NCBI GenBank assembly: GCA_032718475.1
Contig: JAUCBJ010006621.1
Coordinates: forward strand, 1 to 36,780
DNA from: Nemertoderma westbladi
Lineage: Eukaryota; Animalia; Xenacoelomorpha
Reading direction: 5' to 3'
Length of the DNA stretch: 36,780 nucleotides
A program made the position numbers and the translations under genes. Each line of letters begins with the position of its first letter. The stretch's first letter is position 1. This document shows positions 23,385 to 34,443 of this stretch, piece by piece. Below the pieces are notes generated by a model. It was not told the origin of the DNA, made no database searches, and worked only from the letters and a program-made list of their open reading frames with translations.

Positions 23385-25929
23385 CAAAAAAAGTACTATT
23401 ATGAAATTTGTAGTAGTGTAGTAGGTCGAATAATAGTAGTAATTCTATAATTCCATGTCACCCAGTTATTTATTACTACTGTAGGGTAACACGTAGTTGT
23501 AACAACAAGCTGTTTTAAAACATTTTATTCAACAATTCAAATATAAATTAAAAATTAACCTTGATTTTTTTCATTCTTTTAATAACCTTGTGGTTGTTGT
23601 TAAAAGTTTAGGCCTTCATACAGAATACTGTATGATAATCTCAACGTGACTTGCTAATAAATAATTTAATACGATTAATTTATTGCGCGCTGTAAAAGTG
23701 TTCTACTGCCTGACTGTATATTGTAACAGCTTAATATAATATTATAATAATATACAAATACACTGTATAAACGTATAGTTAGTTCTTAAGCTTAAAGTGT
23801 GAAACACGTAATACCAAAGGCAACCCCTAAGGCTCCTCCCTCTTATTATTTATTCCATTACATTTTTGCGCCACTACTTACAGTATTAGTAGGCCTACTC
23901 TGCGCCCAGGCAGCCAGGGGCCTCTCCCCCCTGGTGCCTCGGACCTCACCAAAAACTAAAGAACAGTATGTGACAACATTTTTCGGCCACCTTTGGCTGG
24001 GCAAGCCCCCCCCCCCCCCCCCCCCCTTTTTCGCCTATTCTTAAAAGTCCAAAACTAAGCTTACTATACTACATCTAGGCTACGTAAGATAGAGTGCCTT
24101 GATGTGAAAGTTTAGGAAAATATTACTACCTGACTACTGTATTTACAGTAAAGGTATAGGTTCGCCACTAGTCCTCAGTACTGTAGGTATAGGTTCGCCA
24201 CTAGTCTTACCATATACGTGGGTTAAAAATTAGGGTAGGCCTATCTGCCTATGCCTAATTGATACTGGTAAGTTTTTTTTATTGGCCTATATTGCTCACT
24301 ATATTCCTGTATTCTATATCAGTATATGGAACAGAAGCTAACAGCGGATAGCAGGATGGAGGATAGATAGACAGAGATATGGGAAACCTCTCCACTGTCT
24401 GACAGTCAGATAATGCAGTAGTGGCATGCTGACTAATGCAGTAATGACTTATTTTGTGATACCACAAAGATGAAAAGCATTATGGACTAAAAAACCAAAT
24501 TGCGTAGGCCTAATTAAATTACTGACTAGAAAAATAATTCCATTCTAAAATATGTTTTTTTTAATGTAAATTTTCAGATTATAGCTCGATATAGGCTGAT
24601 AGGTGGTTATAGCCTGTTACAGGAAGTTATAGCCCGTTATAGATCGTTATAGTATTGTATTTTTTTTTTTTTTTTTTTTTTTTATAGCCCGTTATAGATC
24701 GTTCTACCTTTTAGTATGTACCAGGCCTACTACTACTGAACTACTACTACTACTACTACTTGTCTGAACACCGTCTTCCTTCAGACTTTAGGCCTAGCGC
24801 CTAGGCCTACATCCTTCTCTCGGTCTGTTGTTCTGTTCTGTTCTGATTTCTGAATTTTAACATACTGTATAAACCAATAATTACAATTACTTCAGTCAGT
24901 CAGTAGGCCTACCTACTTGATTACCCTACTAACTATCCTACCGGAATCTATTAAAATGGTAGGCCTAATCTTGTTTGTTACCGGTATGTTTTGCGTTTCG
25001 TTACTTTTATATTTATCTATATTCAGATATTGTCTGTGTCATTATACTGTCTGACTGTTATAATCAAATTCAAAAACTCAAATTCAAGGAAATCCCTATG
25101 CAGCTATGGCTGTACTGCTGTATGGGCTTGGGGCTCAGCCTTGTTTTCATAGGCATAGGCCTGTCAGCCTGTAGGCTAGACCGGTCAGCCTAAACACCCA
25201 ACTACACCCAACTTTCACCCAACTACACCCAACTACACCCAACTTTCACCCAACTACACCCAACTACACCCAACTTTCACCCAACTACACCCAACTTTCA
25301 CCCAACTACACCCAACTTTCAGCCAACTACACCCACACAGTTCCACCCCACTACACCCAACTTCCACTGCACTTCCACTCTGCATCCAACTTACACCAAA
25401 CTATACCTACTGTATGGCACCAAACTTCCACAAATTACAATATGTACAGTAACAAACTCTTCGAGGAATTGCTGAGATATGAGCTTTTAAATGTTTCATG
25501 TACTGTATGTTGCCCCCACTGCTGAGCAATTATGAAAATAACAAACTAACGTTTTATATTTATTGCAGGTTGGTTCTAGCGAATAATTGATGAATTTAGC
25601 AATAAATATACAAAGGAGAGACGCAGAGACTATTGACGAACGATCCAAGCTACAGTATAAAACTAAACTGGCGCTGTTTGGGATTGTGGTAAAATGAAAA
25701 CGGTATTGATACACAGGGGGGTCACCGTCACAGCCTTAACGACGAAATCGCATTGGAAACTTCTGTTATGGGAATAGCAATGCAGATAATTCGTACAAAG
25801 TTAATGGACATAAGTTCTATATTATACAGTATGTTTAATGCAATTATAATAATGTAATTATCCTTTATGTATCATAGAATACAAGAAAAAGAACTGTAAC
25901 ATTATTTTCAGCAGCTTTATTTTAATCTT

Positions 25930-26180
25930 GGGCCCATGTAAACACTTTCTGCCGTTATATATTTAACTTTGCAGTTGCCCCCATGTGAAGAATCCCAGGT
26001 TTTCATTAAAATCACAGGTTACAAAAGGACTGAATCTAACCAAAACAATAAACGAAATTTAGCCGTATCAAAACGAAACGTATCAAAAAGATAAATTAAA
26101 AAAAATAAAAAATCTTCATACATAAAATTCCAATAAAATGTCGACCGAAAAGTGAAATCCTGGTATTATTCACATGGGCG
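25930..26180. mobile_element. MITE family A, copy 2, inserted in the left foldback arm
   Basis: Colinear with 1019-1292 and missing from the right arm. Confidence 0.8.
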
Positions 26181-26638
26181 AACTTTATGGCCTTTATATT
26201 AATTAATTTTTAACGAAACAACAGCAATAATTTTAGAACATTTTACATTTTTGATAAACTAAAAGGGGATCTGGTAAGATCTGTACAGGTCAAGGGAATT
26301 TCTGCAAGGAACTTATTATGATCTTCACATACAGGCGATGCCAGAATGGACAAGATCTCTACAGTATGAGAATCGATAAGATCGTTATACATTACAGATC
26401 TTACAGTAGTAGAAATAATAATTCACCACACTAGGGTAGAGAATTGCAGACGTTGATCAACGTAATCATATAGACGCGGCTTGTGGTCTCTAGTACATAC
26501 TGTACAGTATATGTACAGTAGGATATGACAATATTCAGCTTATTTTATTACAAACAACGAAATGGGAGAAGTGTATTTAATCTTTCAGACATTCCACCCA
26601 TTCGAAAATCCTCAAGTGATCAACATTGAGGTTTCCAA

Positions 26639-27131
26639 ACTAATGTGTGCATTGTACTTGACACAATGAACCCGGCGTAGCATTCTTGTGAATGTGCCAT
26701 CCAGAAATTTGGTGTCCTCAGCAGTTAGAGCCCAGCATGGACTCCCGTAGAGGAGTACTGGAACTACTGCTGCTCTAAATAATCGGACCTTGAGTTTCCG
26801 ATTAATTCTCGGTGACTTCCAAATCCTGGAAAGCCTATTCAAGGCTGCCCATGCCTTTCCCTTACGTATTCGAAGGTCCTCACCTGACTTCCGGATCCAT
26901 GATCCCAGGTAACAGAAGTTGTCCACATGCTCAAGCATACCATCCTTTGAGCTTATGCTCATCCGATCAGAGACTTGCTGAGGACTTTCAAAGTTAACTG
27001 TCAAAATTGTGGTCTTTCTGGAGGTAATAAAAAGACCAACACTAGAAGCAGAATGTTCTAATGAGCTGAGGAGCCGTTGGGCTCCCTCTAATGATTCTGA
27101 GAGTACTCCTAAGTCATCAGCAAAGTCTATC
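26639..27131 (-). mobile_element. RTE-clade LINE reverse-transcriptase fragment
   Basis: Open frame from IDFADDL through FCYLGS and [10 protein letters not shown] to [11 protein letters not shown]; bounded by 22-bp direct repeats. Confidence 0.85.
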
Positions 27132-27404
27132 TGATCAACATTGAGGTTTCCAAGCTAAATTCTCACATGTGAATGAATAATATGTCACACACTTTAGGTA
27201 TGTTGCTACATAGTCGGATCCCAAGTGGGGTTTCTCATGGGGCTTTAATGTGGATCAGTTGGCGAAAATCTTCAAAAGTTACTTACGAATGAATTTTTCG
27301 TTACAGACAGACAAGCGGACAGAACGACCGACTGGAGATGAAATTTTGCCCTATTTTTACTAATTGCAATTGTGCGCTAAGGCTTGCCCTGACTGCGTGA
27401 CTCG

Positions 27405-27748
27405 TCCCACAGAACACCAAACTCTCCAACCAACTACACTCAACTTTGACTCACTTTCACCCAACTACACTCCACTTCCACCCAACTCTCACCCAACTAC
27501 ACCCAACTTTCACCCAACTACCCCCAACAACACCCAACTTTCACCCAACTACACCCAATTCTCCACCCAACTACACCTACACCCAACTATCACCCAACTA
27601 CAGTACAGTACACTCAACATTGTCTCACTTCCACCCAACTACACTTACCTTTCACCACTTTCTCGCAGGTCATGATTTTTGAAAGTCTCACTTCCACCCA
27701 ACTACACTTACCTTTCACCACTTTCTCGCAGGTCATGATTTTTGAAAA
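27405..27748. repeat. Decayed CACCCAACT satellite ending in a ~63-bp direct duplication
   Basis: Same unit as the foldback ends; GTCTCACTTCCACCCAACTACACTTACC...GATTTTTGAAA occurs twice. Confidence 0.8.
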
Positions 27749-28163
27749 TAAAAAATTATAAAGCAAATTATAAAATTGTCAAAAACCATACAAATCCTAA
27801 TCTACGTCGCTTTTTTGGATGTGAAGATGAGTAGGACATACAGTACAATGGTCGTTTTGGCGGCCAAAATGACCAAAATCACCAAAAAAAAAAGTGTATT
27901 CCTATGGGCTACTTGGTCGTTTTGGCGAAGCGATTTAACTCGAATCAGCTAAAGTCCAGACATTCAGTCTCCTTGGCCATCCATTTGGTGGATCTGACTA
28001 AATGTCGGCTCGCTTTCATTTTTATTATTGACAGATTGTTAACTTACCTGGCGCTGAGCCTTGCAGTACTGGAGTCCGCCCACTGAGGCATTGATAGAGT
28101 AGACAGTCTTATAAAAGGAGTTGAATGGGGCTTTGTTAAAGGAGGAGTATGTATAATAATCTG

Positions 28164-28335
28164 AACGTCCCGAAATTAATTTATGGACGTCCCGAAATTA
28201 ACTTATGGACGTCCTGAAATTAATTTATGGACGTCCCAAAATTAATCTATCAACCAATCAGAATCGTAATGAAATAACTAATTAATGGACGTCCATAAAT
28301 TAATTTCGGGATGTTAATTTCGGAAATTAATTTCA
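28164..28335. repeat. 23-bp tandem repeats with an inverted copy
   Basis: GACGTCCCGAAATTAATTTATG x ~4, then GGACGTCCATAAATTAATTTCGGGA. Confidence 0.7.
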
Positions 28336-28405
28336 ATAATATTTTTTTTAATAATAAAATTTTTTTTTTATATTTTTTTACAATGTATAATTCGCGGACA
28401 CTGCG

Positions 28406-28808
28406 GGGTGACTACAAAACAAAGACCCAATTATAACGACCTACATAATCTTGTTACATGTGTTAACTTTCGTTAATTGTTTTGAATCCCCCGTCACGCC
28501 TCTGTAACTTACTCCTTTACTAACCTGCTCCTTTAAATAGCAATGGTACATAACGCTCATTGTGACCTGTACAAAACAAAGAGGTAAAGTCGCGTTACGT
28601 CCCAAAGAGCGTTAGGTTCCAACGAGCTTTAGGTCCCATTGCCAGAGAGAGTGAGGTCACATTGCCATTTAAAGGAGCAGGTTAGTAAAGAAACAGGTTA
28701 CAGAGGCGTGTTGGGGAACCAAAACAATAAACGAAAGTTAACACATGTGTTTTGTATTTGTACAGGTCTTTATTATTTGGGTCGTTGGTCTTTGTTTTGT
28801 AGTCACCC
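28406..28808. mobile_element. Mutator-like MITE with ~140-bp TIRs
   Basis: GGGTGACTACAAAACAAAGACC...GGTCTTTGTTTTGTAGTCACCC; exact 9-bp TSD GACACTGCG (28397-28405 and 28809-28817). Confidence 0.88.
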
Positions 28809-29489
28809 GACACTGCGGTGTTGCGTGGGGGCCACCAATCCACCCACCCACACTCAACTCCCAACTTCCTGGACACTAGGATACTGAGTGAAAGCGTCTA
28901 AAACTACTACAGGAACTCCATGACAGACTATGGGCTAGCGATTAGGGACTGGCGCCCTTGAACATGTAAACTGTAGTACCTACTGTACCACCTACCTTAA
29001 AGTGACCTGTGGGACCAGCCCATTATTAGTGAGGTCGGCATTTCTCTTTATCCTGCCGCTCTCTTTGTATTACAATAGCATACAGCTAACCAATGGCAAT
29101 GGTCTAACCCCAGTGCGGATTTCTATCTGCCATCATCCTGGGCTTTACTTACACTCAGCCTCTATTCACTGGCTGTGATTGACAAGCCAACTTGCCTCAG
29201 AAGTTCCTTTCATGAATGCCGCAATTTATATTTGGCCATTTTGGTCGTTTTGGCCGCCAAAATGACCAAGTTAATGTTTATTGGGATTGGGACTGTATAT
29301 CTAATGTTTAGTTCTGAGGCATTACAGCGAGAACATGCGAGCCACGTAGTAAAGGCGAGCCTTAACGCACTATGATAATTAGTAAATACTGGAAAATTTA
29401 TTTCGAGTTATTATCATATTCGAGTTAGTGAAATATTGAAACGAGGGACCGAAGTGAGATAAAAGTACATTATACACTATAATATGTTG

Positions 29490-29617
29490 TTTTATTGTTA
29501 AATTTCTTTATTACTTAACGCTCGTCTATGGACGAGCCGCAAATAATCCATCTATCTACTATATTTACGGCTTGTCCAAGGACAAGCGTTAAGTAATTCA
29601 GAAATTTAACAATAAAA
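29490..29617. repeat. Short imperfect hairpin (MITE-like)
   Basis: TTTTATTGTTAAATTTC...TTACTTAACGCT is mirrored by AGCGTTAAGTAA...GAAATTTAACAATAAAA. Confidence 0.7.
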
Positions 29618-31601
29618 TATTATAATTATCCTTTGTATCATATTACAAGAAAGATTGTAACATACTGTAGTCTTTATTTTCAACAGTTTTATTCTAAACT
29701 TCGTGGCCTTTATATTAATTTGATCTTATCTTTCGTTTATTATTTTGGTTCCATGAGAAATTTATTATTCGCCTATATTATACAGAAAGTACTTTATTTG
29801 CTAACCATTAAGATTGGATCAGGGAGCCAAATGGAGTGTAAACTTGAGACATGTAAAATGTAATGAGAAATGTAAAAAGTTCTAAAATTATTTCTGTTGT
29901 TTCGTTAAAAATTAATTAATACAGTATAAAGGCTATAAAGTTTAAGATAAAGAAGCTGAAAATAATGTTACAGTTTATTTTCTTGTATTCTATGATACAT
30001 AAAGGATAATTACATTATTATAATTGCATTAAACATACTGTATAATATAGAATTTATGTCCATTAACTTTGTACGAATTATCTGCATTGCTATTCCCACA
30101 GCAGAAGTTTCCAATAATGCGATTTCGTCGTTAAGGCTGTGACGGTGACCCTCCTGTGTATCAATACCGTTTTCATTTTCACCGCAATCCCACAGCGCCA
30201 GTTTAGTTTGTACTGTAGCTTAGTTTGGAGTTTTGATGCGTGGTATGTGTAGACATCTATAGGTATCTGGATCGTTCGTCAATAGTCTCTGTGTCTCTCC
30301 TTTGTATATTTTTTGCTAAATTCATCAATTATTCTAGAATCAACCTGCAATAAAAATAAAATGTTAGTTAGTTATTTTCATAATTGCAGGGCAGTGATGG
30401 CAAAATACAGCACGAGTACATGCAACTTTTAAAAGTTCATATCTCAGCAATTCCTCAAAGAAGTTCAGAGTTTGTTACTGTACATATTGTAATTTGTGGA
30501 AGATAGGTGCCATACAGTATAGTTTGGTATAAGTTGGATGCTGTTGTGTTGAAGTTGGGTGTAGTTGGTGAAAGTTGGGTGTAGTTGGGTGGTAGTTGGG
30601 TGAAAGTTGGGTGTAGTTGGGTGAAAGTTGGGTGTAGTTGGGTGTAGTTGGGTGTAGTTGGGTGTAGTTGGGTGAAAGTTGGGTGTAGTTGGGTGATTAG
30701 GCTGACCCGCCTCACCCTGCAAGTTGGTCGGTAGACTCCATTCCAGGACATCCAACGCACGTCCGATTTCCTTCTGAACACCACAGTCTGACAGTCAGCT
30801 ACAGAGCTACGAACGATCCCATACTGTGTACTGCAGTACTGCCATACCTGCATACTGCCACATACAGATATACAATAATGCAATAGGCCAATAGTCATAC
30901 TGCCAGACCGCGTTCAGTGTTAGGCAAAACAGAAGTAGGCCTAAGCAGCTATAGGCTTGTACAGTCTGCAGTCTGACAGTTGTAGCTACAATAATTGCCG
31001 AAATGCATCGGATCGGATCGGATCGGATCGGACGGCATCTGACTATAAATGCACCCTAACTAATTCTGTTACTGCAGTACTGGCTGACTGGTAGCAATTA
31101 AAGTTAGGTCTTGTAGTCTTGGGTAAGTGGAAGACTGTCAGACTCATAGGCCTACAGCTGTACAGCGAAAGACAGTCAGACAACAGGACAATGCAACAGC
31201 AATAGGCAGATAGGCCTACAGTGTTTAGCCTACGGCCATACCATAATACAGTCGGCAGTACAGTCTGCCAGTAATGTAATGTAATGTAATGTAATTGCAC
31301 TCCAAATAATTGCACCGACAAATAAAATAATTAATTATTTAAAATTAATCTTAATGACATACATATTCACAAAATGAAATTGAATTAGACCTTTAATTAA
31401 ACAATTATATGTATGGAGGGAGAAGATAACCCAGGCAATGTTGCACTTACGAGCGTATCTCTATTGGAATTAAGTAAAAATATTGCAAACTAAAAAAATA
31501 AAATGGTAAAACACGGTCAGTCATTATGAACAGAGAAAATATAAAAAAAATAAAAATCAAAATCAAATCAAAATACGAGGCGGGGTATAATGTGTGCATA
31601 T

Positions 31602-34384
31602 TTAAACAAAATGACACAAGTGACTAAAATCAATATGACGTATATGGCAATTCAAAATATACAAATTACGTGCATTAACGGCATCTGAGGGCAAGGAATT
31701 CCACACGGATACTATACGGCTGGCAAAACGATTTCTGACAACGACTAGCCTGCTAGGCTGAGCAAACAGTTTCCTGTTATGGCCTCGCAAACCTTGCCGT
31801 TGCACATGCGAGAAAAAATCGTTAAAATGAAGGTCAATGTTATTGTGACAAATATTATAAACCATACGGATATCAAAAATAATTCGCCTAACTTCTAATG
31901 GTTGGAGTTTCAAGTGTATTAATCTATTAGAGTAACTGTTATGTGTGTTAACTGACATCTTGAAAACAATCGTCTGGTGAAATATCGTTGGACGCGCTCA
32001 ACCAATTTTATATTAAAAATTTGGTGAGGAGACCAAACCACGGTACAGTACTCTAGCAGTGGGCGAACATACGCCTTATAAGCCGTAATAAGTACGTTGA
32101 CATTAGAAGTGTGGAAGCACCTAAATATTATATTGCACATTTTATACGCCTTGGATACTTGTTGGCTGCAGTATTTGCTGAAACGCAGATTTTTGGTAAC
32201 GATAATACCTAGGTCCTTACAACTCTCCTTGAGTTCTAGAATAGAACCGTTGAGAGTGTACTCACTCGGTGTGCGTGTACCAAGGTGAAGTACATGACAT
32301 TTGTGAGCAGCGACATTGAGCTGCCAGGTTTTACTCCAACTGGCTAATCTATCCAAAGCATTTTGAATGTTTGCCGGATTATTACTGTTTCCATATAATT
32401 TTAAATCGTCAGCAAATAGTTTGCAACCTACATTTGTAAATTCCGAAGGCAAATCGTTTACAAAAACTAGGAACAAAATCGGCCCCAAGACGCTTCCTTG
32501 GGGTGTTCCTGATTTGACGTCAACATAATCTGAGTATTTGTATCCAACTAAAACACGTTGACTACGATTAGCTAAGAAGGCGACTATCCAGTCAAATAGA
32601 TTACCTGAAATCCCATACGCGGCCAGTTTTTGTAAAAGTTTAGAGTGTACCACCTTATCGAAGGCCTTCTCGAAGTCGATATAAATAATATCGATGTTCT
32701 GTTTATTATCTAATAATTTGTACCAATCGTTCGTGCACTCGAGGAGATGAGTTGCAGTTGAGCGGCGTTTGAGAAAGCCGTGTTGATTTTTAGAAATTAG
32801 GCCATTCGAAAGTAGGTACTTTAAAAGTTCATTTTTAATACAAGTTTCCATTATTTTGCAGGCAATGCAAGTCAAAGAAATTGGCCGGTAGTTGTATGGG
32901 TTGGACGGGTCATCTTTCTTGAACAGGGGTACTACAATTGCTGTAAGCCAGATATTGGGTAACATATGTAAACTGAAAGATATTTCAAACATAACAGACA
33001 AAGGCGTTGCTAGCTGTGTAGCCAAACTACGGTATAATAAGCTAGGCATTCCATCTGGTGTTGAGCCAGACTTTGATGGTAGGTCTCGTAAAATCTTAAG
33101 TACTACACTGGGATTAAAAGTAATGTCGCTAATATGTGTATTATTTGGCACCGCACGACTGAAAGGGGGGCAATTACCATCATCGTTACAGTAATTCTCT
33201 GCCAGAACCTTCGAAAAAATCCTGGCTTTAATTGCGTCGTCAACGATCATATCACCTTTGAAATTCAAAGGGGCAACTCCAGATTTATAATTTCTCTTGG
33301 AACTAATGTAGCTAAAAATAGCGTTTGGACGGCCTGAGGTTAAAATCTTATTTTCTCTCAGACACAAATTCCTAAATATTGTTCTAGAAATTTCCTTCGC
33401 ACACCTATTGTAAGCTAGGTTACCCTGTGGTGTGTGCCGCCTTTTCCATAGTAATTTCTTTTTTCGTTGAAGTTGCCTAATGTGATCGGGATAACGTTTT
33501 CTAAAAGAAACAGGAATATCTTTGCATGGAATAAAACGCGTTATACCAGCGTTAACAACATTATAAAAAGCAATCCAATAATCATCTACTGTAATACATG
33601 ATTCAAAATTGCAATGCCAATCTTGAGTATCTAAAAAGGAAGAAAATGCTACATAGTCGCCGTTCTTATAATCTAAATATTGTACAGGTTCACTATTTAC
33701 AAACTGATAGGGACCACATAGATTAAAAAATACAGATGAATGGTCACTTGTTGAAAAACCGACGTCAACTGTGACGTCACTAACACACAACACATCACTA
33801 GTAAAAACTAAGTCCAGTGTACTAACACCCCTTGTAGGTTTGTTGACAAGTTGGGTGAACCCCGCCTCGTGTACACAATTAAAAAAGGCATTATATATAT
33901 CAGAGTCAGGAAAGGTCATTGCCTCCCAGTTAAAATCACGAAAATTAAAATCGCCGAAACAAACAATGGGGTAATTTACATCTGATAGATTAGATATACA
34001 ATCACAAAATAAATTAACATAATCAATGGTACTGCATACCACACTGTTGCTGCGATAAGCACAAATTAATCTTGTTGGGGCGTCACCGAGAATATCAACA
34101 GCAATTATTTCACAATCGTCATACTTTTTGTCAGGGAAAATTCTAGAACATTTTAAAGCCTTAGCCTTATCAATTATTAAGGCCACACCACCGCTGGTGG
34201 TGCTGACACGGTCCTTTCTAAAAATATGAAAACGATTATGATCTACAACCATTGCATCGGTAATACTCTCACGCAACCAACTTTCCATAATACCAACCAC
34301 TGTGTGACCAGATGTGTCTAAAAAATTCGTTAAATCATGTAATTTGTTGCCGATACTCTGGCAATTCATAGTACAACAACTCAA
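31602..34384 (-). pseudogene. LINE ORF2: apurinic-like endonuclease + reverse transcriptase, frameshifted near 31945
   Basis: APE motifs NCQS, ESWL, GGVA, GDFN, LDL, SDH; RT motifs YRPISL, QHGF, DFEKAFD, GTPQGSVLGP, FADD, KDLG; the C-terminus continues in ORF 31602..31958 (SYSNRL..L.L..LE.RR, WNSLP). Confidence 0.92.
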
Positions 34385-34443
34385 ATAAGTCGAATTGGTG
34401 GGGGCTGTGCTCGGAGTATTAATTAAGTTTATATCTTCTCCCG

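Larger units (their letters stand above)
25183..30707. mobile_element. ~5.5-kb foldback-type element with satellite-capped ~830-bp inverted arms
   Basis: Ends GGTCAGCCTAAACACCCAAC / GTTGGGTGATTAGGCTGACC; arms ~25183-26250 and ~29867-30707 are reverse complements; outer arrays of CACCCAACTA/CACCCAACTTT; no clear TSD. Confidence 0.85.

Noticed and set aside
25195-25360. Telomeric repeat
   Set aside because: The units are 10-11 bp, differ from TTAGGG/TTAGG, and are mirrored at the far end of an internal element.
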